Part shown: piece after piece, positions 28,137 through 38,689 of the stretch
Layout of the letters: each line of letters opens with the position of its first letter
Position numbering within the stretch: position 1 is the stretch's first letter
From: Acanthaster planci
Lineage: Eukaryota
Length of the DNA: 64,000 nt
Direction of reading: 5' to 3'
Assembly: GCF_001949145.1 (NCBI RefSeq)
Contig: NW_019091360.1
Location: 320,502-384,501, forward strand
The notes under the pieces: generated by a model
What the model was told of the DNA's origin: nothing
Database searches by the model: none
Seen by the model: only the letters and a program-made list of their open reading frames with translations
Position numbers and translations under genes: made by a program

Positions 28137-29381
28137 ATGTCGCAACAGTACACTAAAAAACTAAACCCGAGTCGCAGGCTAAAAGTGCCTCGCACGACTA
28201 AAGGCAAAAGATAACCCGGGCACCACCGCAGCACACCAAACGTTGACCGTAAAATTTCCAGCTTTAGGCATAGACGACGTAATCATACCCGGCACCACAA
28301 AACTGGCTTTCAAGTTGGACCCAGACCGAGCATCAGACGATAATCGAACCGTGTATAATAACGTGGCAACAAACCTGATTTCAGAAATCAACGTCAGCTT
28401 ACAGGGAAACAAAATTGTCAGTTACAGAGACGCAGACGTGTTTCATAATTTTAAGGACAATTAGCTATCTCTGTCGCAGACTAAAAATATGGTGTACTTT
28501 GGCTTAGAACGAGAAAATGTGGCAAAGTTACGTTTAGGTGCAGGTGATGCATCAGACTCGGCCAACAACAGCAAAGACAAAGCTATAGCTGACGCTTTTG
28601 GCAACAGATATGCGATTCTGTTAGATGCACCTATATTGACGGATCACGGCCTTTTTATCCGTCGGGTTTTAAAGAGCCTCTGACGTACCAGTTGACTTTT
28701 AATGACCACAACAAATTAGTTAACTCGTCTGACACGGCCGCAGAATATGCAATTTTGGATATAACTTTAGAATACGAAATCGTAACTAATGGAGACCTCG
28801 CTCAAACTATGCGGAGTAAGCACAAGGGCTCCTGTATTACTTATTTGATACACTCTTGGAAGAAACAAGCGGTAAACAAGTTGGACACTTTGTGGAACAT
28901 TAGTATAGATCAGACGATTAAAAGTCTAAAAGGCATTTTGATTCTGTTCAAAGATCTGGCGGTAAAAAACCCTCAAAGATTTTACAACCCACACATAACT
29001 AAAACGGTAGTCATGGTCGAAGGCAAACCAAATCAGCTGTATTCACAGGGGCTATTTGAATATCAACATTGGACCGAAATTAAGAAGCACTTTGGTGACT
29101 CGGAAACTGAATCGACTTGTGTGGTTGTAAAAAACTTGAACTTGACTGGAGTAGACATGGCTGACTATTTAAAAGATAAGTACGGGCTCTGGCTGGATTT
29201 CAGGAGTTCAGACGACAATTCTGCGCACAGATCGGGTAGGCCGCTCGGCGGTGGCGGTGATATATCGATACAAATGGAAAGACAGGCAGAAATGGCGAGA
29301 CCTTTGACGATGTACGTCTTTTTGGTAATGGATGCACAGTTAACGGTAGAAGACGGGAATTTTAAGAGCTTGGTTTATTAA
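28137..29381 (+). pseudogene. Putative double jelly-roll major capsid protein, copy A
   Basis: Highly similar to 51033-52300; beta-rich, capsid-sized, directly upstream of the packaging ATPase; disrupted. Confidence 0.75.
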
Positions 29382-29408
29382 GTCTAGTTTAATTTAAAGA
29401 TTAACCAA

Positions 29409-29782
29409 ATGTACATGAGACCTCACTGCACCTTGGTCATTGGTAAAACAGGCAGTGGTAAAACCCAGTGGATCCTAGACCTATTAGAAATAGAGTATAA
29501 ATTTATTTTTGAGGCAGTTGTAATGAATTTTGGCAGACACGTTAACCATTCATGCTGGTTGTTAACGCAAAAGTATGATTTGGTGCTCAAAGACTACAGA
29601 GAAAACATGGCGTGGACTGCTTTGTTTCATTGTAAGGATCGAAATAGCTTTGATCAATGTTTACATGAAAATGAGGTAGTGCCTGATTGCGAATGGGAAA
29701 CGATTAAAAAACATTAACCTGATGTACACTTTAGCAAGTTGATTTTAAACACAGAGCCTCCGCTGAATTATATACTTCAATA
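29409..29782 (+). pseudogene. Packaging ATPase with internal deletion, copy A
   Basis: GKTGSGKT joined almost directly to GRH..WLLTQ; the Walker B region present in copy B is missing. Confidence 0.85.
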
Positions 29783-30006
29783 AGCTACCTGCTGAACTAG
29801 AATAAACTACTGTAGCTATAATTTGTTGTTTTATTTTGTTATAATATAACAAATAAAATATAAGCTACGTTAGAGTATATTCAACTTGTTATTCAACTAC
29901 ATGTAATTATCGCAGCTAATTTGACTTATTACACCTATGAGTACCTTTGATTGAAATTTACGTTCAATTTATTTAAAACGTGTATTTTAAAAACGTATAT
30001 ATTATA

Positions 30007-30543
30007 ATGGACATCAAATCCATTATTAACGAGACAAAAAATGAAACCACAGAATCAAAGGCCAACATCAAAGATCGTCTCTGCTCAATCGTAGCCTCGG
30101 GCAAAAGTAAGAAATACCTCGGCAAGGAATTCACCATTAAAGACATTGAATCTTTGAATCTGGCAAAACAGGAAAAATTGTTTAATTTGTACGAGGTCAA
30201 ATTTGGCAAAGAAATCGTTAAAACCTTAGGTCACTCAATTTGCAGTTTGTACACGTGTTTACTAGGAATAGGTACTCCGGTCGAACTCTTGGGCTTCAAC
30301 ATGGACTTTAAATCTGAAGAGGCGCTAACTAAGGACTTAAACGATGACCCGATCATGAGTCAAACCATGGGACATTTTTTAAACGAACTTTGTTACAAGT
30401 ACGGTGTGTACCTATCACCACCGGTAGCAACGTTAATTACGGCTAAGCATCTGGAGTTTAACAAAAGTCCTTTTATAATAAAAGATGGAGACAGAAGAAC
30501 AACAAACGAGCAGTCCAGCAAAGACTCCAGTACAGACAACTAA
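30007..30543 (+). CDS. Conserved hypothetical protein (SKKYLGK motif), copy A
   Basis: Open frame homologous to 53882-54483. Confidence 0.75.
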   Translation: MDIKSIINETKNETTESKANIKDRLCSIVASGKSKKYLGKEFTIKDIESLNLAKQEKLFNLYEVKFGKEIVKTLGHSICSLYTCLLGIGTPVELLGFNMDFKSEEALTKDLNDDPIMSQTMGHFLNELCYKYGVYLSPPVATLITAKHLEFNKSPFIIKDGDRRTTNEQSSKDSSTDN

Positions 30544-30848
30544 AGTTAAAAATCCGAAACGCGTAGAGCAGGGTAAAAAATTAACCCGAGCATAACAAAA
30601 AGATGAAACAACAGCCAGCTAAAATGGCAACGAGTGAAGCCTCCGAAATAAAACCTGAGAATAAAATTTACGCGGCATGCATCAATAACCAGTACTTGAT
30701 CTTGGGTGGGTTAATCGCCAGGCGAATTTTACTTGCGTTTTACTTGAAAAGAAGGCAAAGAATACATGCCGAACCAAAAGTTACCCAAACACCAGAACCA
30801 AAGCTGGCAACAAAAGCACCTGCGCAAGAAATTTTAGACATGGAGTAA
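30485..30848 (+). pseudogene. KNPKRVEQGKKL-motif protein with a hydrophobic segment, copy A
   Basis: Homologous to 54386-54822; frameshifted. Confidence 0.65.
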
Positions 30849-30877
30849 GGTAAATTTAAAAACCGTATATATTAAGA

Positions 30878-31110
30878 ATGAGTGACACAAACATCAACAT
30901 AAATGGAATTGCTAATACGGTCTACCACGGTGCTGTAGTTTCTGCAATTTCCATGGGATACGCCATGCTCGGTAAAAGGCTGTTAAAAATTAAACCCCAG
31001 ATTTGGATCAGTTGAGTATCAAAGACGTTGCGAAAATGAGTGGTGTGTTGGCCACACAGGGGTGGCTCGAGGCACAAGGTGTATTACCTGCAAGTTTGCC
31101 CAGTAGTTAA
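30878..31110 (+). pseudogene. Small hydrophobic protein (ANTVYHGAVV), copy A
   Basis: Homolog of the intact ORF at 54847-55095; frameshifted, so absent from the ORF track. Confidence 0.75.
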
Positions 31111-31142
31111 AGTAAAATCGTTTATTTTAAAGTTGAAGTAAA

Positions 31143-32384
31143 ATGGCAGAAGGCGGATTTGAACCAGTCAATTTTGACCCGATTAACGAAACTGAAGATA
31201 TACCCCTAGAAGGAGAAGACGACGTGACATGGGACGATACCTTTGATACAACGCAAGAAGAAACAAGTTTTATAGAAGGCCAAACAATAGGTTTACCAGA
31301 TTTAAGAATTGAGCTAGTCAAAGACAAAATGTACGATTTTTATGACGTGGTTCAAAGAGAAACTCGGTACGAAGCGTCAATTAGGGATTCAAATCTAGAT
31401 AGCAAAGACCACCTGTACGTCAAGTTTGAAGGCAAAAAAGTTCTCTTAGCCCGAGAAAATAATAGTAGCGTATTTCGTAGCCTAAATACAATTAGGCAAA
31501 AAACAAACACCAATTTTACAATGTCCTAGGCTTACGCAACTACGTTTCTGGTAAAACGAAACAGCAGGCACAAGAGATAATCCATATACTCGCACAGCTT
31601 CAACCTGAAAACCTCAAGAACCAGGAACTCCCACAGGCATCAGATCAAGTCAGTGACATCGTAGAAGATCTTACTCAAGATACAGGCGGATTAAATTACA
31701 GGGAACTCGTTACTTTAGATAAATCTTTACAGACGGTCAAGGGGAATTAATTTTAAACCAGGGCAAGTTTGACCAATTGGACGCCAAGATTGAACAAGTA
31801 AAAAACGAATTAGAAGAAGCGGCATCTGAAGGAAAACGTACGTAACTTCAACGGCAGTTAGACGATTTACAAGTGGAAAGACGGGGTATGTTAGAAGTTC
31901 TTAATAGGAACACGGATCAACTTTGGGGCCAAATCAATCGAATTAAGGAAATAATTACAGCAGTGATGGACAGTGATTTGATTTACGCGAGAAGACTCAA
32001 ACTTTGTTTAAGGAACAGGGTGTAACGATCGTAAGCATTTGAACGTTTTTTTCTTTGGCCGTGAGTACGATTGTAAGTAGTATCATAGCTAGCGTCAAAG
32101 CTGCTGGCACGCTTAGTCCCATGCCTGAACCTACGCCTGAACCAAAAGCCCCAAGTAAGGGAGGTGTTACCGATTGGGTTAAAAGGCAACTGTGGAACTT
32201 AGCAAACGTGTTTAAGAAAGTGGGTTTGAAAGCGCTGGGAGCTTTGCCCAGAATCATCAGTAATGTTTTGAGTTGGATTTTCAACGTGGCGAGTAAAGCA
32301 GTCGGACGGGTCGCCGAGCACGTGTGGACTTTGTTTGTGGGCACAGGTGTTTTGATTTTGACTTATGTGCAGAGGGTACAGTAA
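31143..32384 (+). pseudogene. Acidic N-terminus / coiled-coil / membrane C-terminus protein, copy A
   Basis: MAEGG start; EQGVTIVSI..WVKRQLWNLA..LSWIF C-terminus; homolog at 55123-56474. Confidence 0.8.
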
Positions 32385-32551
32385 GTCACTGTAAGTAGGG
32401 CAAAAAAAAAAAAATTTAAACCCCTTCTCATATTTGGGAAGATTTTTTTTTAATGCCTTAAGTTTTGCTACACGACTTAGCTTAACACTTTATACAACTT
32501 TACATTATACAACTTAACTTAACACTTTAGAACAACTTTACTTTATACAAC

Positions 32552-33772
32552 TTACATAAACATTTTATACACAATGAAACCGAGACCACCCACGGCAATG
32601 GCTCCTAAGGTTAAAGACAGTTTTTCTTCGTTGTGGAAGTCTAACGGTTTTTTTCTCCTTGGTTGAGCGGGTAAAGTTTCTGGTAAAATTGTTGGTTCTT
32701 CCACTCCGTCATTAAAATTGCTATTTGAAACTCCACCAGAATTTAAAGTCGGAACATAACCAGTCTGGATGCCTTTGGTGGCAATTTGTAAATTGTTGTT
32801 GTATCCTTCAAACGTGCCGATGCGTAAATCCATGTCTGAGGGCACCAAGTACAAACCTGGTGCGACTACGAAGTTTAAAGGCATTTTTGCATATTGTAGC
32901 GAATCTTGAAATTGGTTTATCGATTGTTCTTAGTCGGGCTCTAAATTGATTAAAGATTCCACAATGGTAACGAATTGTCTTTGCGCGTCTAATCTGGTTC
33001 CGGGGGCTAAAACGCTGGTCATGGTCTGAGCTTGTGCACCCAGTAACGTGTATACGTAAGCCCTAATAGACTCGTTTACCTTTGAAATTCCAACGTCTGT
33101 GATCTTTGTCCTTTTAAGTGGAATAAAGTCTTGCCACGCAGATTTTACTTTATCATCTTGTAAAATCCAGTCAATTTTATATTTAATCGTTAGACCCGAA
33201 CCCAAAGGTTGCCAATAGAGATCCATTACCTTGCCTTCGCGACCATATTTATTATAAGTTTTTTTTAGGTCTTAGTTTTCCCTGGAACGGGTAGCCATTT
33301 TTTTACACCGGTATCAGAAAAACTTGAATGTCGTAACAGTAAGCGGTGCCGAGGCCGTTCGTATAAGGATCGCGGGTTTGTCTAAAATTCATGTTTGGAT
33401 CCACGTCAAACTCGCGGCAAATGTTATTAAACCATTGTTATCGTAGGATAGAATATATTGCAGTAGGCAATGGAAAATTACACTCGGCAAATATCTTTCT
33501 TACCGCATAATACAAGTGGAAATTCATTAAGGCAGATATGTACTGGGATCAACGATTTGCCCAAAAATCGATTCCACACGCAGTCGTTGCACAATACATC
33601 GCAAAATTGACTTGGTTTTGATAAAATGAAATCGGATCTGTGGCCCAACGATCTACGACTTCTTGCTGGGTGACTTTTGGCATTTTGTAAGCCCTAGTAA
33701 TGTCGGTAAACTTAGCCCAAATGAATTGTCTTTGTTTACTAAAATAAACAGGTTACTAAAATTGATTCCCAT
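32552..33772 (-). pseudogene. Conserved protein with MGxxxS-like N-terminus and C-terminal TM helix, copy A
   Basis: QNQVNFAMYCATT, NFHLYY, ESIRAYVY.LLGAQAQT, GLYLVPSDM..GYNN, then LTLGAIAVGGLGFIVY; homolog at 56466-57544. Confidence 0.8.
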
Positions 33773-33868
33773 CTTTTAAACAAAGGGGTTTTTAAAAAGG
33801 AGGTGCTGTAGGTTTCACGTCTCGGTATTATGGAGGCGAGTCTTCGTATTTAACCGATTTGGTAAAAC

Positions 33869-34532
33869 TTACTCGCCAAGTTTTTTCATAAAATCTTTTT
33901 TTAAAATGGCTGCCCGTTCGTTAGCGAGTGTTTCTGCTCTTTCGTTTACTTGAATTCTTCTTTGCTCATCGATTTACTTGCTTGTAGTTTAATAGACGTA
34001 CTTGACCTAATTTTTTCTTTCATCTCGTTAAACTTTTTCAGCTCAGACAAAATTAGTACAAATTCCTCTTGTAAAATGTCATCATCCTCAATCACGTGAG
34101 AAACATATTCTTCGATGGTGTTTAGCTTGGAGTCTGCCAGCATTCGATTTGATCGTGCATTTTAGTTTTGTGGGACAGCCTGTGACTGGCATACTTTAGC
34201 AAAGCCTAGGCACCAAACGCACCGATAGCAATGCCACCTTCCATCACTGGTCCCACGGGTGCCGACACGCTGCCCAAAAGTACGGGAATTCCTACAGCTG
34301 CAGAAGTTGCACCTATCGCTTCTACGCCGTACTCTACGTAACCGAGTGCTGTTAAAAACCGTTTAATCTTTTTGTGGCTAGTTTCGCGCGTGTCACATTC
34401 TCTTTGGATTTGAGATTTGATTTCTTCGATCTTTCTGAGCCTGTAGACTCTCCTTTCTGCTTGTTCGGCAGAGTTTAATTCTAGGTGCTTAGTCAAATCT
34501 GGATATATGTTTGGCTTGACGTTTACTGTCAT
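33869..34532 (-). pseudogene. Coiled-coil + two-TM + helical C-terminus protein, copy A
   Basis: YRLRKIEEIK..two Gly/Ala-rich hydrophobic segments..LADSKLNTI..EEFVLILSE; homolog at 57701-58362. Confidence 0.8.
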
Positions 34533-34552
34533 CTTTTTGTTATATACGCATT

Positions 34553-35649
34553 TTAAAAAACGTCTAACTCGATTAAATTCCAGCGCCTCTGTTGTCAACT
34601 AGCTACCCTCGCTTGTCTTTTAAAGAAAAGGTCAACTCGCCGACGTTTCTGTAAATTAACGTTTTAGACGTCTTACTGTCACAAGCGATAGTCGAGTTAC
34701 ACAGCCCAGTAGGTATCACGTCCAACAAGTCCGAAGACTGTCCGTTATAAAACTTGTCATGGGTATTTAAGTGTTCCCAATGAATGAACGCAAATTTCAA
34801 GGGGTTTAAATCATATGTATCTTCGTAAATGACGTTGGGTAAAAGTTTGATTTTGGGTAAGTTTAACAAATTAGAGACCTGTCTATTTGGCCTCAACTTG
34901 AGGTTAGGATCCGTGATGGCCAATGTCACCCTTTTAGACTCCGTGAGAACTTTGAAAGATACACCCGGGATCAAATTTAACAAAAAGTCAAACCAGTCTA
35001 TGCCGTAATAACCTGGAAATAGGACGATGGTTCCTCTTTCGCCCTTGGGTAGCGATTGAAATGAGCCTTGAAGATGAAGTGTATCAAGTACGGGTCCTCT
35101 TAATCCCGTGAGATAAAGCCTCTTGTCTAATTCAGCGTTTCTCAACCTTCTGGGTTCGTTGTTTGGTACTTCGGTAGAGGACGTTCGTATTATTTTTCAG
35201 CTTCTTTTAAAGCTAATCGTCTACCTTCCAGTTCATCATTTATTGATTGATGTAATTCAGTCAACCGCCGGTGTAAAGCTTGTTTTGTTGGCACGTAACT
35301 TTCTTGATCAATTTGCACCGATAAATCCTTTATGTGTTGATTTATATTTTTTATTCTTTGGTTTTGTTCTTCAATTTCTGCGTCTAGTGTACCTTGTTCA
35401 ATCGCCTCCAAAAACTCATTTTTAATCCTTTGTATTGTGTCTTGCCCTCATTTCACTTCTTCTATTGGAGGATCTACCGTCCAAGCCTGTGTCCCACTCA
35501 ATTTTAGTAACGTTAGTCACATTAAAATACCCAGCTTCAAACTGAATATTCTTTACTTTGACAACTTTGTCACCTTTAGTATTGTTGGTCTCGTCTTTCA
35601 ATTTAAACGTCTGTGGATTTTTGGCCAAATAAAAAGTGTGAGTCTCCAT
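34553..35649 (-). pseudogene. Putative minor capsid (penton-like) protein with a coiled-coil insertion, copy A
   Basis: N-terminal NTKGDKVVKVKNIQFEAGYFNV and C-terminal PGYY..AFIH..YNGQSSDLLDVIP..ELTFSLKDKRG..IELDVF fit the pattern I associate with Polinton minor capsid proteins. Confidence 0.65.
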
Positions 35650-36208
35650 TTTAGTATAAACAGGTTTTTAAAAGTCTTCTTCGACAAGTTTAAATTTATT
35701 GAGGGCGATGTCCCAGTGCTTATCCGAGACTTGAAATAAGTCTTTAACTGTTGATTCAGCTTCCACGGTTACATTTTGGTATAAGACAGCGATTAAGGCC
35801 TTCAGCGGTTTGCCTCTAGAGATCTTACCCACTAAAATTTGGTTTAACTTGTATTCTATGGTGCCCGCTTGAACATGCTTCAAACGTTTAATTCTTTTAA
35901 AACTTTACTCAACTTTTGCTTATGTTTTTATAAACGAAACATTGGTTATATTTACCACCCACGTTTTCTACATGTACTTCGTCTGACTAAATTTGACAAA
36001 ATATTAATCCGCAATGCCGGCATATGAGTTTATAATCTCTGATTATTTTGGTGTCGTGTGGGCATGTGGGTTCTTCTTCTTCTTCTTTGTTATTCACACA
36101 GGGTCTCATTTGGCTAAAAAGATAGATTAATAGAAGAGATAAACATAATCACCGCGATGGATGACAAATACAGTAAAAAGATAATCGCGGTGTCGTGTTG
36201 CTGGTAGT

Positions 36209-36244
36209 GATGTTTCGGCTGCTAGTGCTGCTAGCCTTCATCAG
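36209..36244 (-). ncRNA. Minimal hammerhead ribozyme core (left Penelope arm)
   Basis: Minus strand reads CTGATGA-AGGCTAGCAGCACTAGCAGCC-GAAACATC. Confidence 0.65.
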
Positions 36245-37064
36245 GCAACTGAAGTCTGGATGCTGCAGGGTCTGCTATATACCGCCGGATCGNNNNNNNN
36301 NNNNNNNNNNNNNNNNNNNNNNNNNNNNNNNNNNNNNNNNNNNNNNNNNNNNNNNNNNNNNNNNNNNNNNNNNNNNNNNNNNNNNNNNNNNNNNNNNNNN
36401 NNNNNNNNNNNNNNNNNNNNNNNNNNNNNNNNNNNNNNNNNNNNNNNNNNNNNNNNNNNNNNNNNNNNNNNNNNNNNNNNNNNNNNNNNNNNNNNNNNNN
36501 NNNNNNNNNNNNNNNNNNNNNNNNNNNNNNNNNNNNNNNNNNNNNNNNNNNNNNNNNNNNNNNNNNNNNNNNNNNNNNNNNNNNNNNNNNNNNNNNNNNN
36601 NNNNNNNNNNNNNNNNNNNNNNNNNNTGCGTTGGTGCTCCTTGATTCTCTCGCCGATTGGTCTGCCAGTTTCGCCGATGTATACCTTGCCACAGTCACCG
36701 CATGGTATCTTGTAGACCACTCCTCCGCGTCTTCTGGGTGGGATGGGATCCTTAGGGCGCACGAGTTGGTACACAAGACGCGTCAAGGAGGCCATCCACA
36801 TCCGCCTGAATAGACACAACATCAACAGAGACAGCGGCATCGACATCCCCAGTTTCTGGCTCCCCACCATCCGCCAACACAACCACCGGAGCACCGGAGC
36901 GCAACGGAGCCATACCGAGGACACGCCCCTTCACGCCCATGAAGTGGAGCGTGCGACGCCCGCTGAGGTCACCTGCACTGCGTCCGCAATACACGGCGGG
37001 GGACACGCGGAGGACGCGGTCCGGCGGTATATAGCAGACCCTGCAGCATCCAGACTTCAGTTGC

Positions 37065-37100
37065 CTGATGAAGGCTAGCAGCACTAGCAGCTGAAACGTC
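37065..37100 (+). ncRNA. Minimal hammerhead ribozyme core (right Penelope arm)
   Basis: CTGATGA, GCTAG-CAGCA-CTAGC stem, GAAAC, then GTC cleavage triplet; typical of Penelope pLTRs. Confidence 0.75.
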
Positions 37101-37232
37101 GCTACCAGCAACACGACACCGCGAGTCATCGATTATCTTTTTACTGTATAAGATAGATTAAGTTTTCTTCGCCCATGGGTAAAGGCTCATATTTGAAGGT
37201 TTGGTTAGACATGATTTTTATTAATAGTCCAT

Positions 37233-37836
37233 TTACTTAAGGTGGTTAAATGAGGGCTGTTTAACCATGCTTTGAAATTCTTGGCGTCTAAAATTTCTAC
37301 TTTCGTCCTCGAGGACCAATGCATATTCGACAAAATCTGGAATTTGCCCTCCTGTCGAGCTAGATCGAAAAACTATTCCTTCGTTTTCATCAAATTTTTC
37401 GTCTTTTTCAGATTCTTCGGTTTCAGGTTTGAATTCTTCTCCCGATTCCATTTTGGCTCTAATTTCGGCTTCTTGAGATAAGCTTATGTATTGTATGGTT
37501 CGGTCAATCATCAAGCCTATTTTTCTCAACTTAATGTCCAATTCGTTTTCTATTTCAGGCATGGGGTCATTTGGCATAATTAACTTTCACAATCTCGATA
37601 ATCAAAACAACCATTGCATTCCTGACAAGATTCACATTCAAAAAAATGGTACATCTGGCGAAATGTGTGCAATGCCTGCAGTCCTGGCATGAATAAATAC
37701 ACCTTGTGTTAAGACAGTTATCACAATCGCGAGCATCTATTACGTTACTGCACGCTTTTATGTTTTTGCAAAAGTGACAATCAAAATTTCTGTCTGTTAA
37801 TCTTTTTGGAAGTAGTTCTTGAACTGTTTTTTTCAC
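37233..37836 (-). pseudogene. Cys-rich (CxxC repeat) protein, copy A
   Basis: CHFC..DCDNCLN..CQDCRHC, plus a frameshifted LRKIGLMI C-terminus; homolog at 60631-61167. Confidence 0.7.
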
Positions 37837-37918
37837 ACTTGGTTTTTCATCTCTAATTTTACAAGAATGTATATAAGGTTTTTAAAAAAATCTCATTTTT
37901 TTTGTCAGAGCTTCAGAT

Positions 37919-38557
37919 CTAAAATTCATTTTCGGATTCAGATTCAGAACAACCAAATCCACTAAATGCTTGTACCACAGATTTATCTAAAACAAGACCG
38001 TCATTTCTAATTTTCAACATAGTCGCCGATAATTTATACCTAACACTGGCACTGCACGACAGTGAACTGTGAGTACCGTAGTATACATGTACGTCTTTTG
38101 GACAAATAAAAGATTGCGCATCACATCTCTTATTCATAAATTTCTCGATATCTGTCTCGTCAATGGGCCTTTTTCGATGATCAAATAGAGAGGCATAGGG
38201 GTCTATTTTAACATACATTCAGTGCTTGGCCGTGTAAGGTGGTTTAAACTACGTATTCCATCTTGTTCAAATCATCAATGTCGCAACTGGCTTTGTAGGC
38301 GTTTATGGTATTAGACGGAATGTTAGACTCGATGGTGGCTTGAGATTCGATGAATCTGTAAACGGCTAAATTTATGTGATCGAGTATGTTCATGGTAGGT
38401 TGCTCTATTTGGTAGCATATTTGACGGCCCGTTATATTTTTAGAGGTTTTGTTTCTAGTACCGTATTTATACAGCGGGTTTATGCCGTAACAGGGTTTGG
38501 TCATCATAATCAACAGGCGTTTATCTTGGCCGTTGTGGCGGTAAAAAATAGGTGAGC
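37919..38557 (-). pseudogene. Putative OB-fold ssDNA-binding-like protein, 5' truncated, copy A
   Basis: Homolog of 59969-60628 (SPIFY..KRLLIM..CYGINPLY..MYVKID). Confidence 0.5.
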
Positions 38558-38689
38558 TGCATACAGTTATACATGTATGTTGGACTTTTTGCACCAAACA
38601 AGATGGCCACCGATTGAGTACTGGGGATCACCTGGCTCTGTTCAACTGTTGAAGGGGTACTTCTAGTCGAGGCGAATATCGGCATACAT

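Larger units (their letters stand above)
36131..37149. mobile_element. Penelope-like retroelement insertion: two 5'-truncated arms joined head-to-head
   Basis: GIY-YIG motif [26 protein letters not shown] on the minus strand (36627-36770) and [15 protein letters not shown] on the plus strand. Inverted repeats at 36168-36292 and ~37018-37149. 12-bp TSD AAGATAGATTAA at 36119-36130 and 37150-37161. Contains an N gap. Confidence 0.9.
35668..37212 (-). pseudogene. TFIIB-like protein (Zn ribbon + cyclin-like helices), interrupted by a Penelope insertion
   Basis: Removing the insertion and one TSD copy restores MSNQTFKYEPLPMGEENLIYLFSQMRP..CPHDTKIIRDYKLICRHCGLIF; downstream frames give GKISRGKPLKALIAVLY. 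Confidence 0.45.
21927..38557 (+). mobile_element. Polinton/Maverick-like endogenous virus, copy A (right end truncated, pseudogenised)
   Basis: Starts AGTAGT like copy B, followed by TIR-homologous blocks; gene set largely colinear with copy B; many stops and frameshifts. Homology ends inside the last gene at ~38557 and no right TIR is seen. Confidence 0.93.

Noticed and set aside
36195..36924. Long ORFs spanning N runs (also 59029-60099, 61216-61521, 62074-62673)
   Set aside because: They are open only because Ns contain no stops; only the flanking real sequence was interpreted.
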